Below are positions 1-11,571 of a stretch of 62,196 nt of DNA, in pieces (positions within the stretch are counted from its first letter, which is position 1; each line of letters starts with the position of its first letter). The notes beneath the pieces were generated by a model. That model did not search any database. It saw only the letters and a program-made list of their open reading frames with translations, and had not been told where the DNA came from. Position numbers and translations under genes: made by a program. Source of the DNA: an uncultured Enterobacteriaceae bacterium. GTDB taxonomy: Bacteria > Pseudomonadota > Gammaproteobacteria > Eutrophobiales > Eutrophobiaceae. The stretch spans positions 1 to 62,196 of the forward strand of contig CAYMPA010000002.1 of NCBI GenBank assembly GCA_964392105.1, given 5' to 3'.

Positions 1-50
1 GGTTTAGGGTTTAGGGTTTAGGGTTTAGGGTTTAGGGTTTAGGGTTTAGG
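1..50. repeat. Perfect tandem heptanucleotide array (GGTTTAG)x7 plus 1 nt, truncated by the window edge
   Basis: Direct reading shows seven identical 7-nt units. The unit is TTTAGGG in another phase. Confidence 0.95.
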
Positions 51-60
51 CAAGATTGTA

Positions 61-77
61 ACCCAGAACCCAGAACC
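61..77. repeat. Short array (AACCCAG)x2.4, an imperfect reverse complement of the 1-50 array
   Basis: Direct reading. The reverse complement GGTTCTG differs from GGTTTAG at 2 of 7 positions. A 10-nt spacer separates the two arrays. Confidence 0.8.
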
Positions 78-85
78 ATCATCTA

Positions 86-364
86 TCACCTAATCGAGAA
101 GTCAGGGAACTCCTGATAGTCAACACTTACACTCTCCACATTTATTACCTTTGCCATGCCTGGTCCATGAGCTAACCATTTACAAAATTGATCAAGTAAC
201 GGAGCTTCGCCACATGCAAAAACTTCAACCCGACCATCCTCCATGTTCCTGACCCAGCCTGTAAGCCCCATCAATTTAGCCTGCTGACTGGTTGCTATAC
301 GGAAGCAGACCCCTTGAACCCTGCCACTGATAAAACAATTTATTGCTTTTTTCATAATTATCAA
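86..364 (-). CDS. acyP: Acylphosphatase
   Basis: 92-aa ORF with the acylphosphatase signature GRVQGVCFR...GWVRN..DGRVE. The true start is probably the MKKAINCF Met at 355. Confidence 0.85.
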   Translation of the reverse strand: MIIMKKAINCFISGRVQGVCFRIATSQQAKLMGLTGWVRNMEDGRVEVFACGEAPLLDQFCKWLAHGPGMAKVINVESVSVDYQEFPDFSIR

Positions 365-731
365 TAACTTAGAAATATTTTAAAACGTCTCCCATTAGAG
401 ACACAATTAAACAAATTACAATTACTTCCCCAACTCCTGTAACAATAGCAGTAGTTTAAACTCATAACAAAGATTATAACTTATTGATTTATATATTATT
501 TTATGATACTAAAGAATAAACTATGCAAAAAATTCAAAAATACAATGTCGCAGTAACTAAAAACCAATATGAATACTTCATCACACTAACAATTCATTTA
601 ATGACAATAATTTGGAATGGATATTGCCGATAGAAGATAGAGCTTCAGCATTAAATAAAACATGCATATGACATTAAGGCTGGAATTACTAGCCAGATGA
701 TGAATGCAAACTATATTAAATAATAATTTTT

Positions 732-2321
732 ATGAGCCAAATACCATTAAAAAAAACCTCGCATGGAAGCGAAATAGAAACTCGACCAATCTATATCGAA
801 GAATGGCTGGATTCTTTGCCATATCTCGACTTCAATAAAACCAGTTCATTACTTAATGAGGCCTTGATTGCAACCAATAAGGCAGAAATCAAGGCATCGA
901 CCAGGATTGAATTAATTGAACTCTATAATCGTCCATATCAATATTATGTAGAGTCACAAATTAAGGCGGGGGCGCAACATACATTACAAACGATCGATGT
1001 TATGGGAAGCCAGGTCAGTAGAATGAAACAAATTGCGGTTGCTCTGAGTTATGGTTGTAAACTGGCTTTCGATTCAGCCTTGAGCAAAAAGACGCTATGG
1101 AAGCAGAAAAAACCACCCGTCGAAGCAATGCTGATGTCTATGAATTATTTATCACATGCCTTGATATTCAGCTTTCTGGAATATGCTCCAATACCAAAAA
1201 ATGTCTGGCAACAGCTCAATTTTATTTACGACTTTGCAGAATCAATTGAGTGCCACAAAAAAATCTATTCTATCCCTGGTACCAATAATAAAAATACAAG
1301 TACAACGATAGACCATACCTTTAAACGAATCATGATGGCGTCCCTGGTTGATCCACATCACTTGCCATTTGGTGCGATTTGGGAGATTTACGAACAACTT
1401 GATAATTGGGCCGAATATACACAAATACATCCCATGCAATCTGTTTCAAACACGACCGGGTATTTTGTATTCGATCTTAAAACAGATAACAAACCGATCC
1501 CTTATACAAAATTTAATCAAGGCAATATAAATAACAAAACACGGCTACTGGATTCAACCCCACTTGAAAATTTAATACAGAAACAAATTGATTTAATTCA
1601 ATTGGGGCAACAAATAGATAAATCAATCGTTTTATCACCATTTTATGCGAAGTCATTACTCACACACATGTTAAAAGCCTGGGGACTTCCCCCAAAGCGT
1701 TATTTTCCAAGAAAAGCAAAATCAGGCAAATTGAATATTATCAATGGAGTCAGGGGAATTTATTATTTCCTGAATAATGAGAACGCCTTCCAAAATATTA
1801 TTACAGTAGACAATGAAAATGATGAGATCGATATTTCTGAATCTCAGGTAGAAACTCCTTCAGGAACACATTATATCCCAGAAAGTTGGCGAATTGTTGA
1901 TGAGGGATCTGGTGGTTATGCAATAATCAAGGATGACAAACCCAAAAAAGCTATACGTGTTGGCGATCTTGTTGGTATCAACATTGATGGAGATAATAAT
2001 TCCTGGGACATTGGTGTGATTCGATGGTTAATGGTATGCAGGGAAACACATAAAATAGGTTTACAAATCATTGCCGACAATGCCAGACCAATTTCATTAC
2101 GCGCTTGTAATGGAAGTAAGGCTGACCGTATGTCCAGGCCTGCATTTCTTGTTGCTCATAATAACGACCCTAAAGAGTTATCCATAGTCGCGGAAAAGGG
2201 TCTTTATATTGCAGATAGGGAAATGGAAATAAGAGTCGAAGACAATGATAAACTGATTATTGCAAATACCATGATTGATTCCGGCATTTCATACGAAGTG
2301 TTCGAATATAAAACCAGGTAA
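732..2321 (+). CDS. Hypothetical protein, 529 aa; the C-terminal ~120 aa are faintly PilZ/beta-barrel-like (unverified)
   Basis: Long uninterrupted ORF with ordinary composition, preceded by a 367-bp AT-rich leader. The N-terminal 400 aa carry no motif I can assign. The C-terminus reads WRIVDEGSGGYAI..VGDLVGINIDG..WDIGVIRWL..KIGLQII. Confidence 0.55.
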   Translation: MSQIPLKKTSHGSEIETRPIYIEEWLDSLPYLDFNKTSSLLNEALIATNKAEIKASTRIELIELYNRPYQYYVESQIKAGAQHTLQTIDVMGSQVSRMKQIAVALSYGCKLAFDSALSKKTLWKQKKPPVEAMLMSMNYLSHALIFSFLEYAPIPKNVWQQLNFIYDFAESIECHKKIYSIPGTNNKNTSTTIDHTFKRIMMASLVDPHHLPFGAIWEIYEQLDNWAEYTQIHPMQSVSNTTGYFVFDLKTDNKPIPYTKFNQGNINNKTRLLDSTPLENLIQKQIDLIQLGQQIDKSIVLSPFYAKSLLTHMLKAWGLPPKRYFPRKAKSGKLNIINGVRGIYYFLNNENAFQNIITVDNENDEIDISESQVETPSGTHYIPESWRIVDEGSGGYAIIKDDKPKKAIRVGDLVGINIDGDNNSWDIGVIRWLMVCRETHKIGLQIIADNARPISLRACNGSKADRMSRPAFLVAHNNDPKELSIVAEKGLYIADREMEIRVEDNDKLIIANTMIDSGISYEVFEYKTR

Positions 2322-2332
2322 TTTATTAGCCC

Positions 2333-2570
2333 GTATGTTGCACGAGTTGGCAAGATGATCACGCCGGGATGGTACGTTATGCGCGTACTCGCGACTGCAA
2401 TCATAGCCGTAGCTCTGGTAGAAGGAGTATGTGCGTGTATAACGTGCCCAGAATAAGTGAGGGCTCGTCAAGCGATAGGCTAGGTACAAACGGTATCTTT
2501 TCAGTCAACGCTAAAATCTATGAGGGCAACAAATTTAGCTCGAATACTAGCGTACTCGTGCAACATGCAG
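2333..2570 (+). repeat. G+C-enriched intergenic element, a divergent member of the MITE-like family, with 13-nt terminal inverted repeats
   Basis: ATGTTGCACGAGT (2335-2347) is the exact reverse complement of ACTCGTGCAACAT (2554-2566). The internal module GTACGTTATGC..CGACTGCA (2372-2399) matches 45805-45833. The element lies between convergent genes. Confidence 0.6.
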
Positions 2571-2571
2571 G

Positions 2572-3888
2572 CTATGTATTCGCATCCTTAAGAAACTCAT
2601 CTATTGATATGGATAAATGCTGTGAGACTTGTTCTTGATGATTGCCAAGGCGGGTTTTCAAACTATTTGACAGTTTATCGTCATCTAATTCATCAGCTGC
2701 TATAGGTAGCCGAACAGGTAATAACTTATGTAAGTCAAACAAGCTGGTTTCCTTCATATCTTTTGATAACAACCACTGTCCATTTGAACTTTGATTGACC
2801 CACTTAAATCTTTGCAGATGATCAAGTAAATCATTCATTTGATGATGGGGTAATAATATAGAACCTTTCCTTAACTCCGGTATAGAGACAGTCCGACCTT
2901 CCTTTTGTGCCTGATATAAGAAATCAAGAACACGTAGCACGTCCATATAGTTCCAACCCCCTTTACTACGATGTTCAATTTCGTCCTGTAAACGAAATGA
3001 AGACAGACAAAAGGTAATATGGGCACCAAACAGAACGATTACCCAGGAGACATAAATCCATACAAGAAATAACGGGATAATTGCTACTGCACCATAAATG
3101 TTTTCATAACTTGGCATTTCCTTAATGTAGATACCAAATCCATATTTGGCCAACTCAAATAACACCGCACAAATAACACCTCCCGCTACTGCATGCCTCT
3201 TGGAGACATAACAATTTGGAACCAGGATATAAAGTAAGGTAAATGCAATCGATGTAGTCAGAAACGGGAGCCAGCTGAGAAGGTGTGATTTTAAATTCAG
3301 GGTGGTATCAACATCGGCTACGACAGGTAAAGAGAGTAAATATGATGTTGTTGCGAGTCCTACACCTATTAGTAAAGGCCCCAGGGTAAGCACAGCCCAA
3401 TAAACGAGTAAACGTGCAACCGGACTGCGTTTATTCCGTACAAACCAGATCCGATTGAAGGCATTATCGATAGTTGCCATTAACATTATGGCAATAAGTA
3501 TCAAAACCATGCTCCCGCTTATCGTAAGCTGCGAGGCCTTCGTTGAAAAATCGGATATATATCCCTGTATCGTCCAGCCAAATTGAGGCACGAAACTGGA
3601 AAAAATAAAATCCTGTATTGAATCAGAAAAATCCTGCAAAACTGAAATTTTCCCGAATAAGCCAAACATGACTGTGATTAATGGAACAATTGAAAGTAGT
3701 GTTGTATATGCAAGTGATGATGCTGTTTGCATCCCGCGCAACATGTAAAAATGGCGTAGAAAAAAACGGGAAAAATAGAATGCCTGTACCAGACCGTTTT
3801 GAATTATTTTAATAAGATTATCCGACATTTTATTAGAGGCTATCTGGTAATAATATTTCGAGTCGAAAATAGTTCTATTTGAGGGCAA
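2572..3888 (-). CDS. yihY: YihY/BrkB-family inner membrane protein with a C-terminal soluble extension
   Basis: Polytopic ORF with the family-typical N-terminal motif ASSLAYTTLLSIVPLITV. An alternative start is MSDNLIK at 3828. Confidence 0.8.
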   Translation of the reverse strand: MPSNRTIFDSKYYYQIASNKMSDNLIKIIQNGLVQAFYFSRFFLRHFYMLRGMQTASSLAYTTLLSIVPLITVMFGLFGKISVLQDFSDSIQDFIFSSFVPQFGWTIQGYISDFSTKASQLTISGSMVLILIAIMLMATIDNAFNRIWFVRNKRSPVARLLVYWAVLTLGPLLIGVGLATTSYLLSLPVVADVDTTLNLKSHLLSWLPFLTTSIAFTLLYILVPNCYVSKRHAVAGGVICAVLFELAKYGFGIYIKEMPSYENIYGAVAIIPLFLVWIYVSWVIVLFGAHITFCLSSFRLQDEIEHRSKGGWNYMDVLRVLDFLYQAQKEGRTVSIPELRKGSILLPHHQMNDLLDHLQRFKWVNQSSNGQWLLSKDMKETSLFDLHKLLPVRLPIAADELDDDKLSNSLKTRLGNHQEQVSQHLSISIDEFLKDANT

Positions 3889-4122
3889 TTTTATGATCGA
3901 TTGAGGCGAATAGTCATTCTATTTAACGAAAGTAAACAGGAAATTGCACCAAATAGGGAACTTTGCAGCCGGAATCATTATTACCAGGTAGCCTCTTAAT
4001 TCAACTCGTCATATTGATTCGTTATAATTATCATAATTAGATACATTCCAAAGTAGCACTATCGTTAATTACAATGGAATAATTTAAACACCAAATTGTT
4101 AATATACAGTAACGGGGGCGCC

Positions 4123-4470
4123 ATGAAAGCAACTATCTACCATAATCCACGGTGTTCCAAGTCCAGACAAACACTCGCTTTATTGGAAGAGAAAGGCATT
4201 GCTCTGGAAATAATAGAATATCTAAAAACACCACCTGACCAACAAACCTTGCAGGACATTCTGAACAAACTGGATATAAATCCTTTGGACTTAATGCGAA
4301 AAGGGGAATCGGTTTACAAAGAGCTTAATATTGATGACAAAATTGGTAACGATGAAGCATTACTCGATGCTATGGTGGAAAACCCCATATTAATTGAACG
4401 TCCAATAGTCCTGGCAAACAACAAGGCGGCTATTGGTCGACCGCCGGAATCAGTCCTTGATATTTTTTAG
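4123..4470 (+). CDS. arsC: Arsenate reductase, glutaredoxin-type ArsC family
   Basis: IYHNPRCSKSR...IEYLKTPP...NPILIERPIV...GRPPESVLDIF aligns along its full length with R773-type ArsC. The ATG at 4123 is preferred over the TTG at 4096. Confidence 0.85.
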   Translation: MKATIYHNPRCSKSRQTLALLEEKGIALEIIEYLKTPPDQQTLQDILNKLDINPLDLMRKGESVYKELNIDDKIGNDEALLDAMVENPILIERPIVLANNKAAIGRPPESVLDIF

Positions 4471-5765
<1,295 letters not shown>

Positions 5766-5769
<4 letters not shown>

Positions 5770-6830
5770 GGTGTATAAAGGTTGCTATTTAAATATTGTT
5801 CGTGGAAATGCCTCAACAGGACAATTATTACAGCTGCGACTGGTAGGGCTATTAGCATACCAAAAAATCCAAACAATTGTGCGCCCGCCATTACCGCAAA
5901 TATTACTGCAACAGGATGCAAACCAATTCGGTCTCCTATTAATAATGGAGAAAGAACCATACCTTCGAGCATTTGCCCTGCCCCAAAAACTATTAATACA
6001 TAAACAACATGGACAAAATCGTGAAACTGCAGAATCGCAACAATACCAGCAATCGTAATTCCAACAATAACTCCGAGATAGGGAACAAAACTAACCAAAC
6101 CTGCAGTCAAGCCAATCAATAATGAAAATTCCAGGCCAATTAACCATAAACCAATACTATAGAACACACCTTGGGCAAACATTACCAGGAGCTGACCTCT
6201 AAAAAACTCGGCTAAAACAGCATCACTGTCTATTGCTAATTGAGTTACAACAATTTCGTATTTTCTGGGGATCAATTCTCTTATTCTTGCAACGAACAGA
6301 TCCCAATCTCTTAGTAAATAAAAAGTAACGACAGGCACCAGCAAAACATAACTTAACCAAAGTAATAATAATTGCCCGGAAGCAGAAATCTTCGATATAA
6401 ACTTTCCAACGATATTACCTAATGTCTGCCAATGTCCGGTTAATGATTGCTTGATATCATCCAAATTTACCATGTCAGGGTCTAATCCAAATCGTTGTGT
6501 TAACCAGGGGATAAACTCTGACTGTATCCAGTCAATCATATCTGGTATGCGTACTAGTAAACGCCTGATTTGTTCTTCAATTAAAGGAAATACAATTAAT
6601 AAAAAACATAATCCAATAATCAACATCAGAAGAAATACAAAGATAACAGATATAGTCCGCGAAAATTTTATTGTTTCCAGCCTGTCTACAGCAGGATCAC
6701 CAAGATAGGCAAGAAAGGCACTAATCAGGAATGGTGTTAATATCGGTGCTAACAAAAACAATAAGTATCCAGACGCTATTATTACTACCAGAATCAACCA
6801 TTTCCGGGCATCTGTTATTTTAGTACTCAT
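5766..6830 (-). CDS. AI-2E family transporter (PerM/YdiK-like permease)
   Basis: 354-aa polytopic membrane ORF with family-typical length and FVPYLG motif. It has 4-nt overlaps with both neighbours. Confidence 0.8.
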
Positions 6831-7891
6831 CTTGTTAATAAACGATATGTCAACTGTTCGCTATTACTAACAAGTTCAAGTGTTTTTCCAAGTGCAATTG
6901 CCTGATTAATTGCATTTAGTCCGCCATGGCTGATTAATTCAAACATAACTTTATCTGTCGAGACACGTTTCACTTGTACTGTTCTGACAGATTGTAATGA
7001 CTCCAGATAAGACAAAGTCCTGGCATATTCATCCAGGTCATTAACATTTGATACTAATAACTCAATAACTTTGGTACGAGTCGAACCTGTATTTGCATAC
7101 TGTGTAGCAAGCCTATCTGCAAGTTCATCAACGCCTTCTTCCAACACGATTTCAACCAGTTCACCCTGGCTAGTCCAACTCATTACCTGGCCATCAATAT
7201 AAACAGACCATTGTGATTCCCATAGAGTTGGTAATATCTGAATTAATTTACCTGTCAACACTACATCTGTTTGGTAACGTTTGGATGCATCTAATATAGG
7301 CTCTTTAAAACCGCCCCATATATCACTAACGCTTATTCGCGATGTATCTTCAAGATCTAGTAATGGTAATAATAATGAAACACCTCTGGCTGAAGCTCGT
7401 TGGTCCAACATGGTCAGATATTCAGGACTTTCTTCAAAACTCACAAGACGACGACTTTCATTACCTTCATGAGCCAACCAGACTAATATCGACGGACGTT
7501 CCTTTCCCCAAACCGTTAGACCATAACTCCTGAGCGCATCATTCAATGCAGTTTCGTCAAATTGAACCCATAGTTCCGGGGACTGGATTTGTTGATTCTC
7601 TTCATTAGTTGCCTGTCGATAACGAAATTGTTGAACAAATCGCTCTGGCCGCTCGATTAATGCACTAATATTACTGCTTTTACTAATATTTCTGTCCCCG
7701 GTCAGTTTTACCAAAACCTGGATAAGCGCCTGTTTTAAGGCAGGATTACGTGTTGATGCAGACTCATCACTGACAGGAACTGTTGCCTGATAGAGTCCCG
7801 ATACCTTTATTGCATAGACAGGTTGAGATATGAGTACAAATAAACAAATAAAAAATGTTGTTCTAAATTTCATGTTGAGCACGCTAAGCAA
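6827..7891 (-). CDS. DUF2066-domain periplasmic protein
   Basis: Signal peptide, then LYQATVPVSDES...ALKQALIQVLVKLTGD. Its position between purM and the AI-2E/hda genes is typical of this family. Confidence 0.6.
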   Translation of the reverse strand: MLSVLNMKFRTTFFICLFVLISQPVYAIKVSGLYQATVPVSDESASTRNPALKQALIQVLVKLTGDRNISKSSNISALIERPERFVQQFRYRQATNEENQQIQSPELWVQFDETALNDALRSYGLTVWGKERPSILVWLAHEGNESRRLVSFEESPEYLTMLDQRASARGVSLLLPLLDLEDTSRISVSDIWGGFKEPILDASKRYQTDVVLTGKLIQILPTLWESQWSVYIDGQVMSWTSQGELVEIVLEEGVDELADRLATQYANTGSTRTKVIELLVSNVNDLDEYARTLSYLESLQSVRTVQVKRVSTDKVMFELISHGGLNAINQAIALGKTLELVSNSEQLTYRLLTR

Positions 7892-7947
7892 GACTCGTCT
7901 TTAAGTCAAGGATTGCGAGAACGTGACGACACCGATACCATGTACTA

Positions 7948-8994
7948 ATGAAACAACCCACAGAAAAAAAGTTCAGCTATGATGACGCTGGCGTTAACAT
8001 AGAACAAGGCAATGAACTGGTTAAACGCCTGAAAAAGACCGTTAGCAGTACTCATAGACAAGGCGTGATGGGCGGCCTTGGTGGTTTCGGTGCCCTATTT
8101 GATCTTGCCTCATTAAATTACAAACAACCCGTACTGGTATCCGGTACGGATGGTGTTGGCACTAAGATCAAACTGGCCATAGAAAATAACAGACATGATT
8201 CAATCGGTATTGATCTAGTTGCCATGTGCGTGAATGACTTGATAGTACAAGGCGCAGACCCCCTGTTTTTCCTTGATTATTTTGCCTGTTCCAGCCTTGA
8301 TGTAGATGTCGCCGAAACAGTAATTAATGGTATTGCACAGGGTTGTACTATAGCGGAATGCAGTCTTATTGGAGGTGAGACTGCTGAAATGCCAGGGATG
8401 TATCAGCCAGGGGATTATGACCTGGCCGGTTTTTGTGTAGGCGCAGTTGAAAAGGATGAAATTATAACTGGTCAAGATGCGTCAGAGGGAGATGTAGTAA
8501 TCGCACTGGCATCAAGTGGTTGTCACTCGAACGGTTATTCTCTTATCAGGAAAATTATTACAGATACTAACCAGGATTTATCAGAATCTTTGGATGAGAA
8601 AACACTATTAGAACACTTGCTTGAACCAACCCGGATCTACGTAAAACAAATCCTTGGATTAATTAAAGAAGTCCCGGTAAAGGCTATCGCACATATTACT
8701 GGCGGTGGTTTGATTGAAAATATTCCTCGAGTCATTCCCGACAATTTATCAGTAGAAATTGTCGCTGACAGCTGGAAACTACCGCCCATTTTTAATTGGC
8801 TTCAAGAAAAAGGAAATATTGATTCACATGAAATGTACAAAACATTTAATTGTGGTGTTGGTATGATGTTATGTGTGGATTATAAAAATTTTAATAAAAC
8901 ATTATCTTTTTTAAACGGTATTGGTGAGAATGCCTGGGTACTTGGAGAAGTTACAACTAGTAACGAAGAAGATCCTAAAGTAAAATTTAAATAA
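7948..8994 (+). CDS. purM: Phosphoribosylformylglycinamidine cyclo-ligase (AIR synthetase)
   Basis: [41 protein letters not shown] motifs. 348 aa. Confidence 0.95.
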   Translation: MKQPTEKKFSYDDAGVNIEQGNELVKRLKKTVSSTHRQGVMGGLGGFGALFDLASLNYKQPVLVSGTDGVGTKIKLAIENNRHDSIGIDLVAMCVNDLIVQGADPLFFLDYFACSSLDVDVAETVINGIAQGCTIAECSLIGGETAEMPGMYQPGDYDLAGFCVGAVEKDEIITGQDASEGDVVIALASSGCHSNGYSLIRKIITDTNQDLSESLDEKTLLEHLLEPTRIYVKQILGLIKEVPVKAIAHITGGGLIENIPRVIPDNLSVEIVADSWKLPPIFNWLQEKGNIDSHEMYKTFNCGVGMMLCVDYKNFNKTLSFLNGIGENAWVLGEVTTSNEEDPKVKFK

Positions 8995-9047
8995 TTAAAT
9001 TTTACTTTTAATAAAATACCATCAATTATTCGACAAAGATTTATCAT

Positions 9048-10013
9048 TTATTTTTGATAAAACATGGATTCTTGCATATTTTTTACAATATAAAGCGGCC
9101 TATTTTTTGTTTCATTAAATACGCGACCTAGATACTCTCCGATCACACCAAGCGCAAGAAGTTGTATGCCGCCTATAAAAGTAATCAATACAACCAAGGA
9201 TGGATACCCTGCAACTGGATCACCATAAATAAATTTCTTTAAGATGATAACTATTCCAAAAACTATGGCAATAAATGCTGATAATACACCCACCATAGAA
9301 GCTAATCTCAAAGGTAATACAGAAAATGAAGTTAAGCCTTCAAATGCTAAATTTACTAGCCCCCAAAAACCCCATTTTGTTTTACCTGCATAACGTTCAT
9401 CACGTTCGTATGTAATTTCAGTTTGAGAATATCCCACCCATGCAAACAGGCCTTTCATATATCTATGTTTTTCTCGTAACTTTAATAACGCGTCTAAAGC
9501 ATTTCGACCTAACAACCTAAAATCACCGGTATCTTTTGGGATTTTTATATCGCTTAATTGAAATAAAAAACGATAATAAATATATGAAGTAAGTTTCTTA
9601 AACCAGCTTTCACCCTTTCTCTTGACTCTTTTCGCATTAACAACATCGTAACCCTCAAGCCATATTTCAACCAATCTTGGAATTAATTCAGGTGGATCTT
9701 GAAGGTCAGTGTCTATAATCACCACGCTATCTCCTGACACATGATCCAGACCCGCAGTGAGAGCAATTTCTTTACCAAAGTTTCTGCTTAAATCTATTAT
9801 TGTAATTCTTGGGTCATTACTACGTTGATTACTCATTATTTCAAGAGTGTCATCCTGACTACCATCATTCACATATATAATTTCCAGCTCAATATTTAAA
9901 TCTTTTGTTGAACTGATTAATCTTGAATAAAATTCGTCTAATCCTGCTTCTTCATTGTAAGCAGGGGCTACAATAGATAATAACTTCTTGTCGCTTGGAT
10001 CTCTTTTTTCCAT
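9048..10013 (-). CDS. GT2 polyprenyl-phosphate sugar synthase (GtrB/ArnC-like)
   Basis: LSIVAPAYNEE..YVNDGSQDDT..IDTDLQDPP catalytic domain plus two C-terminal TM helices ending in GEYLGRVFNETKNRPLYIV. Confidence 0.85.
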   Translation of the reverse strand: MEKRDPSDKKLLSIVAPAYNEEAGLDEFYSRLISSTKDLNIELEIIYVNDGSQDDTLEIMSNQRSNDPRITIIDLSRNFGKEIALTAGLDHVSGDSVVIIDTDLQDPPELIPRLVEIWLEGYDVVNAKRVKRKGESWFKKLTSYIYYRFLFQLSDIKIPKDTGDFRLLGRNALDALLKLREKHRYMKGLFAWVGYSQTEITYERDERYAGKTKWGFWGLVNLAFEGLTSFSVLPLRLASMVGVLSAFIAIVFGIVIILKKFIYGDPVAGYPSLVVLITFIGGIQLLALGVIGEYLGRVFNETKNRPLYIVKNMQESMFYQK

Positions 10014-10021
10014 GTAAAGGT

Positions 10022-10753
10022 TTATAATTTCCTTGCTACAACGATTATTGACAGACCAAAAGGAAATGAAAATTTTCCAATTATATTTGATTCCAGGCTG
10101 AATATTTTTTCAAAAAAAGAATTAATATATTTATGAGGCATTTTTAACTCAATATCTTTTGATGATGGAAAGATTTTTTGTTTTATTCTATCTATAAGTG
10201 CCAATGGAAATAAAAAGGTATTAAAATATGAAATATAATCTACTTCCCATCCATTATTTTCTAAAATATTTTTCAGGTATCGAGCAGTATATCTTCTTTT
10301 ATGGTGGTGCAATTCATCGTGACTACTCCAAAGAAATTGATATGCCGGAACAGTAATTAATATCGCGCCATTACTCTTTGCCAAATCTCTCAATACAAAC
10401 ATACTTTTCTCATCATCATCAATATGTTCTAAAACATCCAACATCACTATTAAATCATTATCTTTTTTTATTTCCCTAGGGATATTGTCAGGCAATTCTC
10501 CTTTCACTACCCTGCCTATATGCCTTGCTTGTGCCCTTGTCAGTGCATTATCGTCCCTTTCCAGCGCAACCACTTCAGCATAATTTGATAAAAGGCTAAG
10601 ATTATCTCCATTTCCACAACCCGCATCAAGAATATGAGGGTTCTTACCAAAATCCAATTTCTGAATTACACTTTCAATTATTTTCCGTCTCGCAACAAAC
10701 CACCAGTGTCTGGTTTCAATTTTATACATTTCATCAAATAATTCATTTTCCAT
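10022..10753 (-). CDS. Class I SAM-dependent methyltransferase
   Basis: SAM motif I ILDAGCGNGDNL and post-I acidic residue. Co-oriented with and 8 nt from the GT2 gene. Confidence 0.8.
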   Translation of the reverse strand: MENELFDEMYKIETRHWWFVARRKIIESVIQKLDFGKNPHILDAGCGNGDNLSLLSNYAEVVALERDDNALTRAQARHIGRVVKGELPDNIPREIKKDNDLIVMLDVLEHIDDDEKSMFVLRDLAKSNGAILITVPAYQFLWSSHDELHHHKRRYTARYLKNILENNGWEVDYISYFNTFLFPLALIDRIKQKIFPSSKDIELKMPHKYINSFFEKIFSLESNIIGKFSFPFGLSIIVVARKL

Positions 10754-10771
10754 AATCGAAGCCCAATCTTT

Positions 10772-11497
10772 TTAATTATTTTTATCTTGAATCTTGGCAA
10801 AAAAGCCACGTAATATTTTCCATTCACTTTCATCCAGATGAGCACGATTAAACAACCGCCGCATTCTATGCATCAATAGACGAGGGTTTTCAATGTCATA
10901 AAATCCTATGTCAGTCATGCATTCTTCCAGATGAGTATAAAACATTTCCATTTTTTCTTGATTTATAAATTGAATTGCATTACTAGACACTTCCTCACTT
11001 TGATCGCTTTGACGTTGGAGTAATAATTCATAACAAATTATCTGAACTGCCGATGCCAAATTAAGCGAGCTAAAATCTAAATCGGTAGGTATTTGTAATA
11101 CCATGTTACCAAGCTCCATTTCGTCATTACTTAGACCTGAATTCTCTCTACCAAATACAATTGCTGTATTTCCATTACCTAATTCAGCTATCTTTTCCGC
11201 ACATTCATGGGGTGTAACCATTGGCCAGGGAATACTCCTGACTCTTGCACTGGTAGTAATAACCAGTTCACAATCTGAAACTGCAGATTTTAAATCAGGA
11301 TGAATTCTTGCATTTGCCAATATGTCATCAGCACCTGCTGCCCGTGCTGTCGCCTCCGCAGAGGGAAATTCTTTCGGATTCACTAAATATAGATTATTCT
11401 GTGACATCGTTTTCATTGCCCGTGCTGCTGCTCCAATATTACCTGGATGTGTCGTGCCAACCAGGACAATCCGTACGTTACTAAATACCGAATTCAT
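10772..11497 (-). CDS. trmJ: tRNA (cytidine/uridine-2'-O)-methyltransferase TrmJ
   Basis: SpoU/TrmH fold, RIVLVGTTHPGNIGAAARAMKTM N-terminus. Divergent from suhB, as in E. coli. Confidence 0.9.
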   Translation of the reverse strand: MNSVFSNVRIVLVGTTHPGNIGAAARAMKTMSQNNLYLVNPKEFPSAEATARAAGADDILANARIHPDLKSAVSDCELVITTSARVRSIPWPMVTPHECAEKIAELGNGNTAIVFGRENSGLSNDEMELGNMVLQIPTDLDFSSLNLASAVQIICYELLLQRQSDQSEEVSSNAIQFINQEKMEMFYTHLEECMTDIGFYDIENPRLLMHRMRRLFNRAHLDESEWKILRGFFAKIQDKNN

Positions 11498-11571
11498 ATT
11501 TAATCACTTCACTCATCATTTCACTCAACGTAGAATACGTTTTTCATATTTTCAGGAATTTAAAAATTCTT

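Noticed and set aside
1-50. TTTAGGG repeats as a genuine eukaryote-style telomere or the end of a linear replicon
   Set aside because: At a left-hand terminus the top strand should be C-rich (CCCTAAA) reading inward, but here it is the G-rich strand. The adjacent genes are ordinary bacterial genes. The window edge is not necessarily a molecule end. I kept it as a repeat finding, not as a telomere.
1-77. CRISPR array
   Set aside because: The unit is 7 nt with no spacers. No cas genes or CRISPR-like 25-40-nt repeat/spacer periodicity occur anywhere in the window.
2204-2638. Small ORFs 2204-2404(-), 2289-2489(-) and 2369-2638(+) as genes
   Set aside because: They overlap one another on both strands inside the G+C-rich repeat element and overlap the ends of real genes. 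None has an RBS or a recognisable motif.
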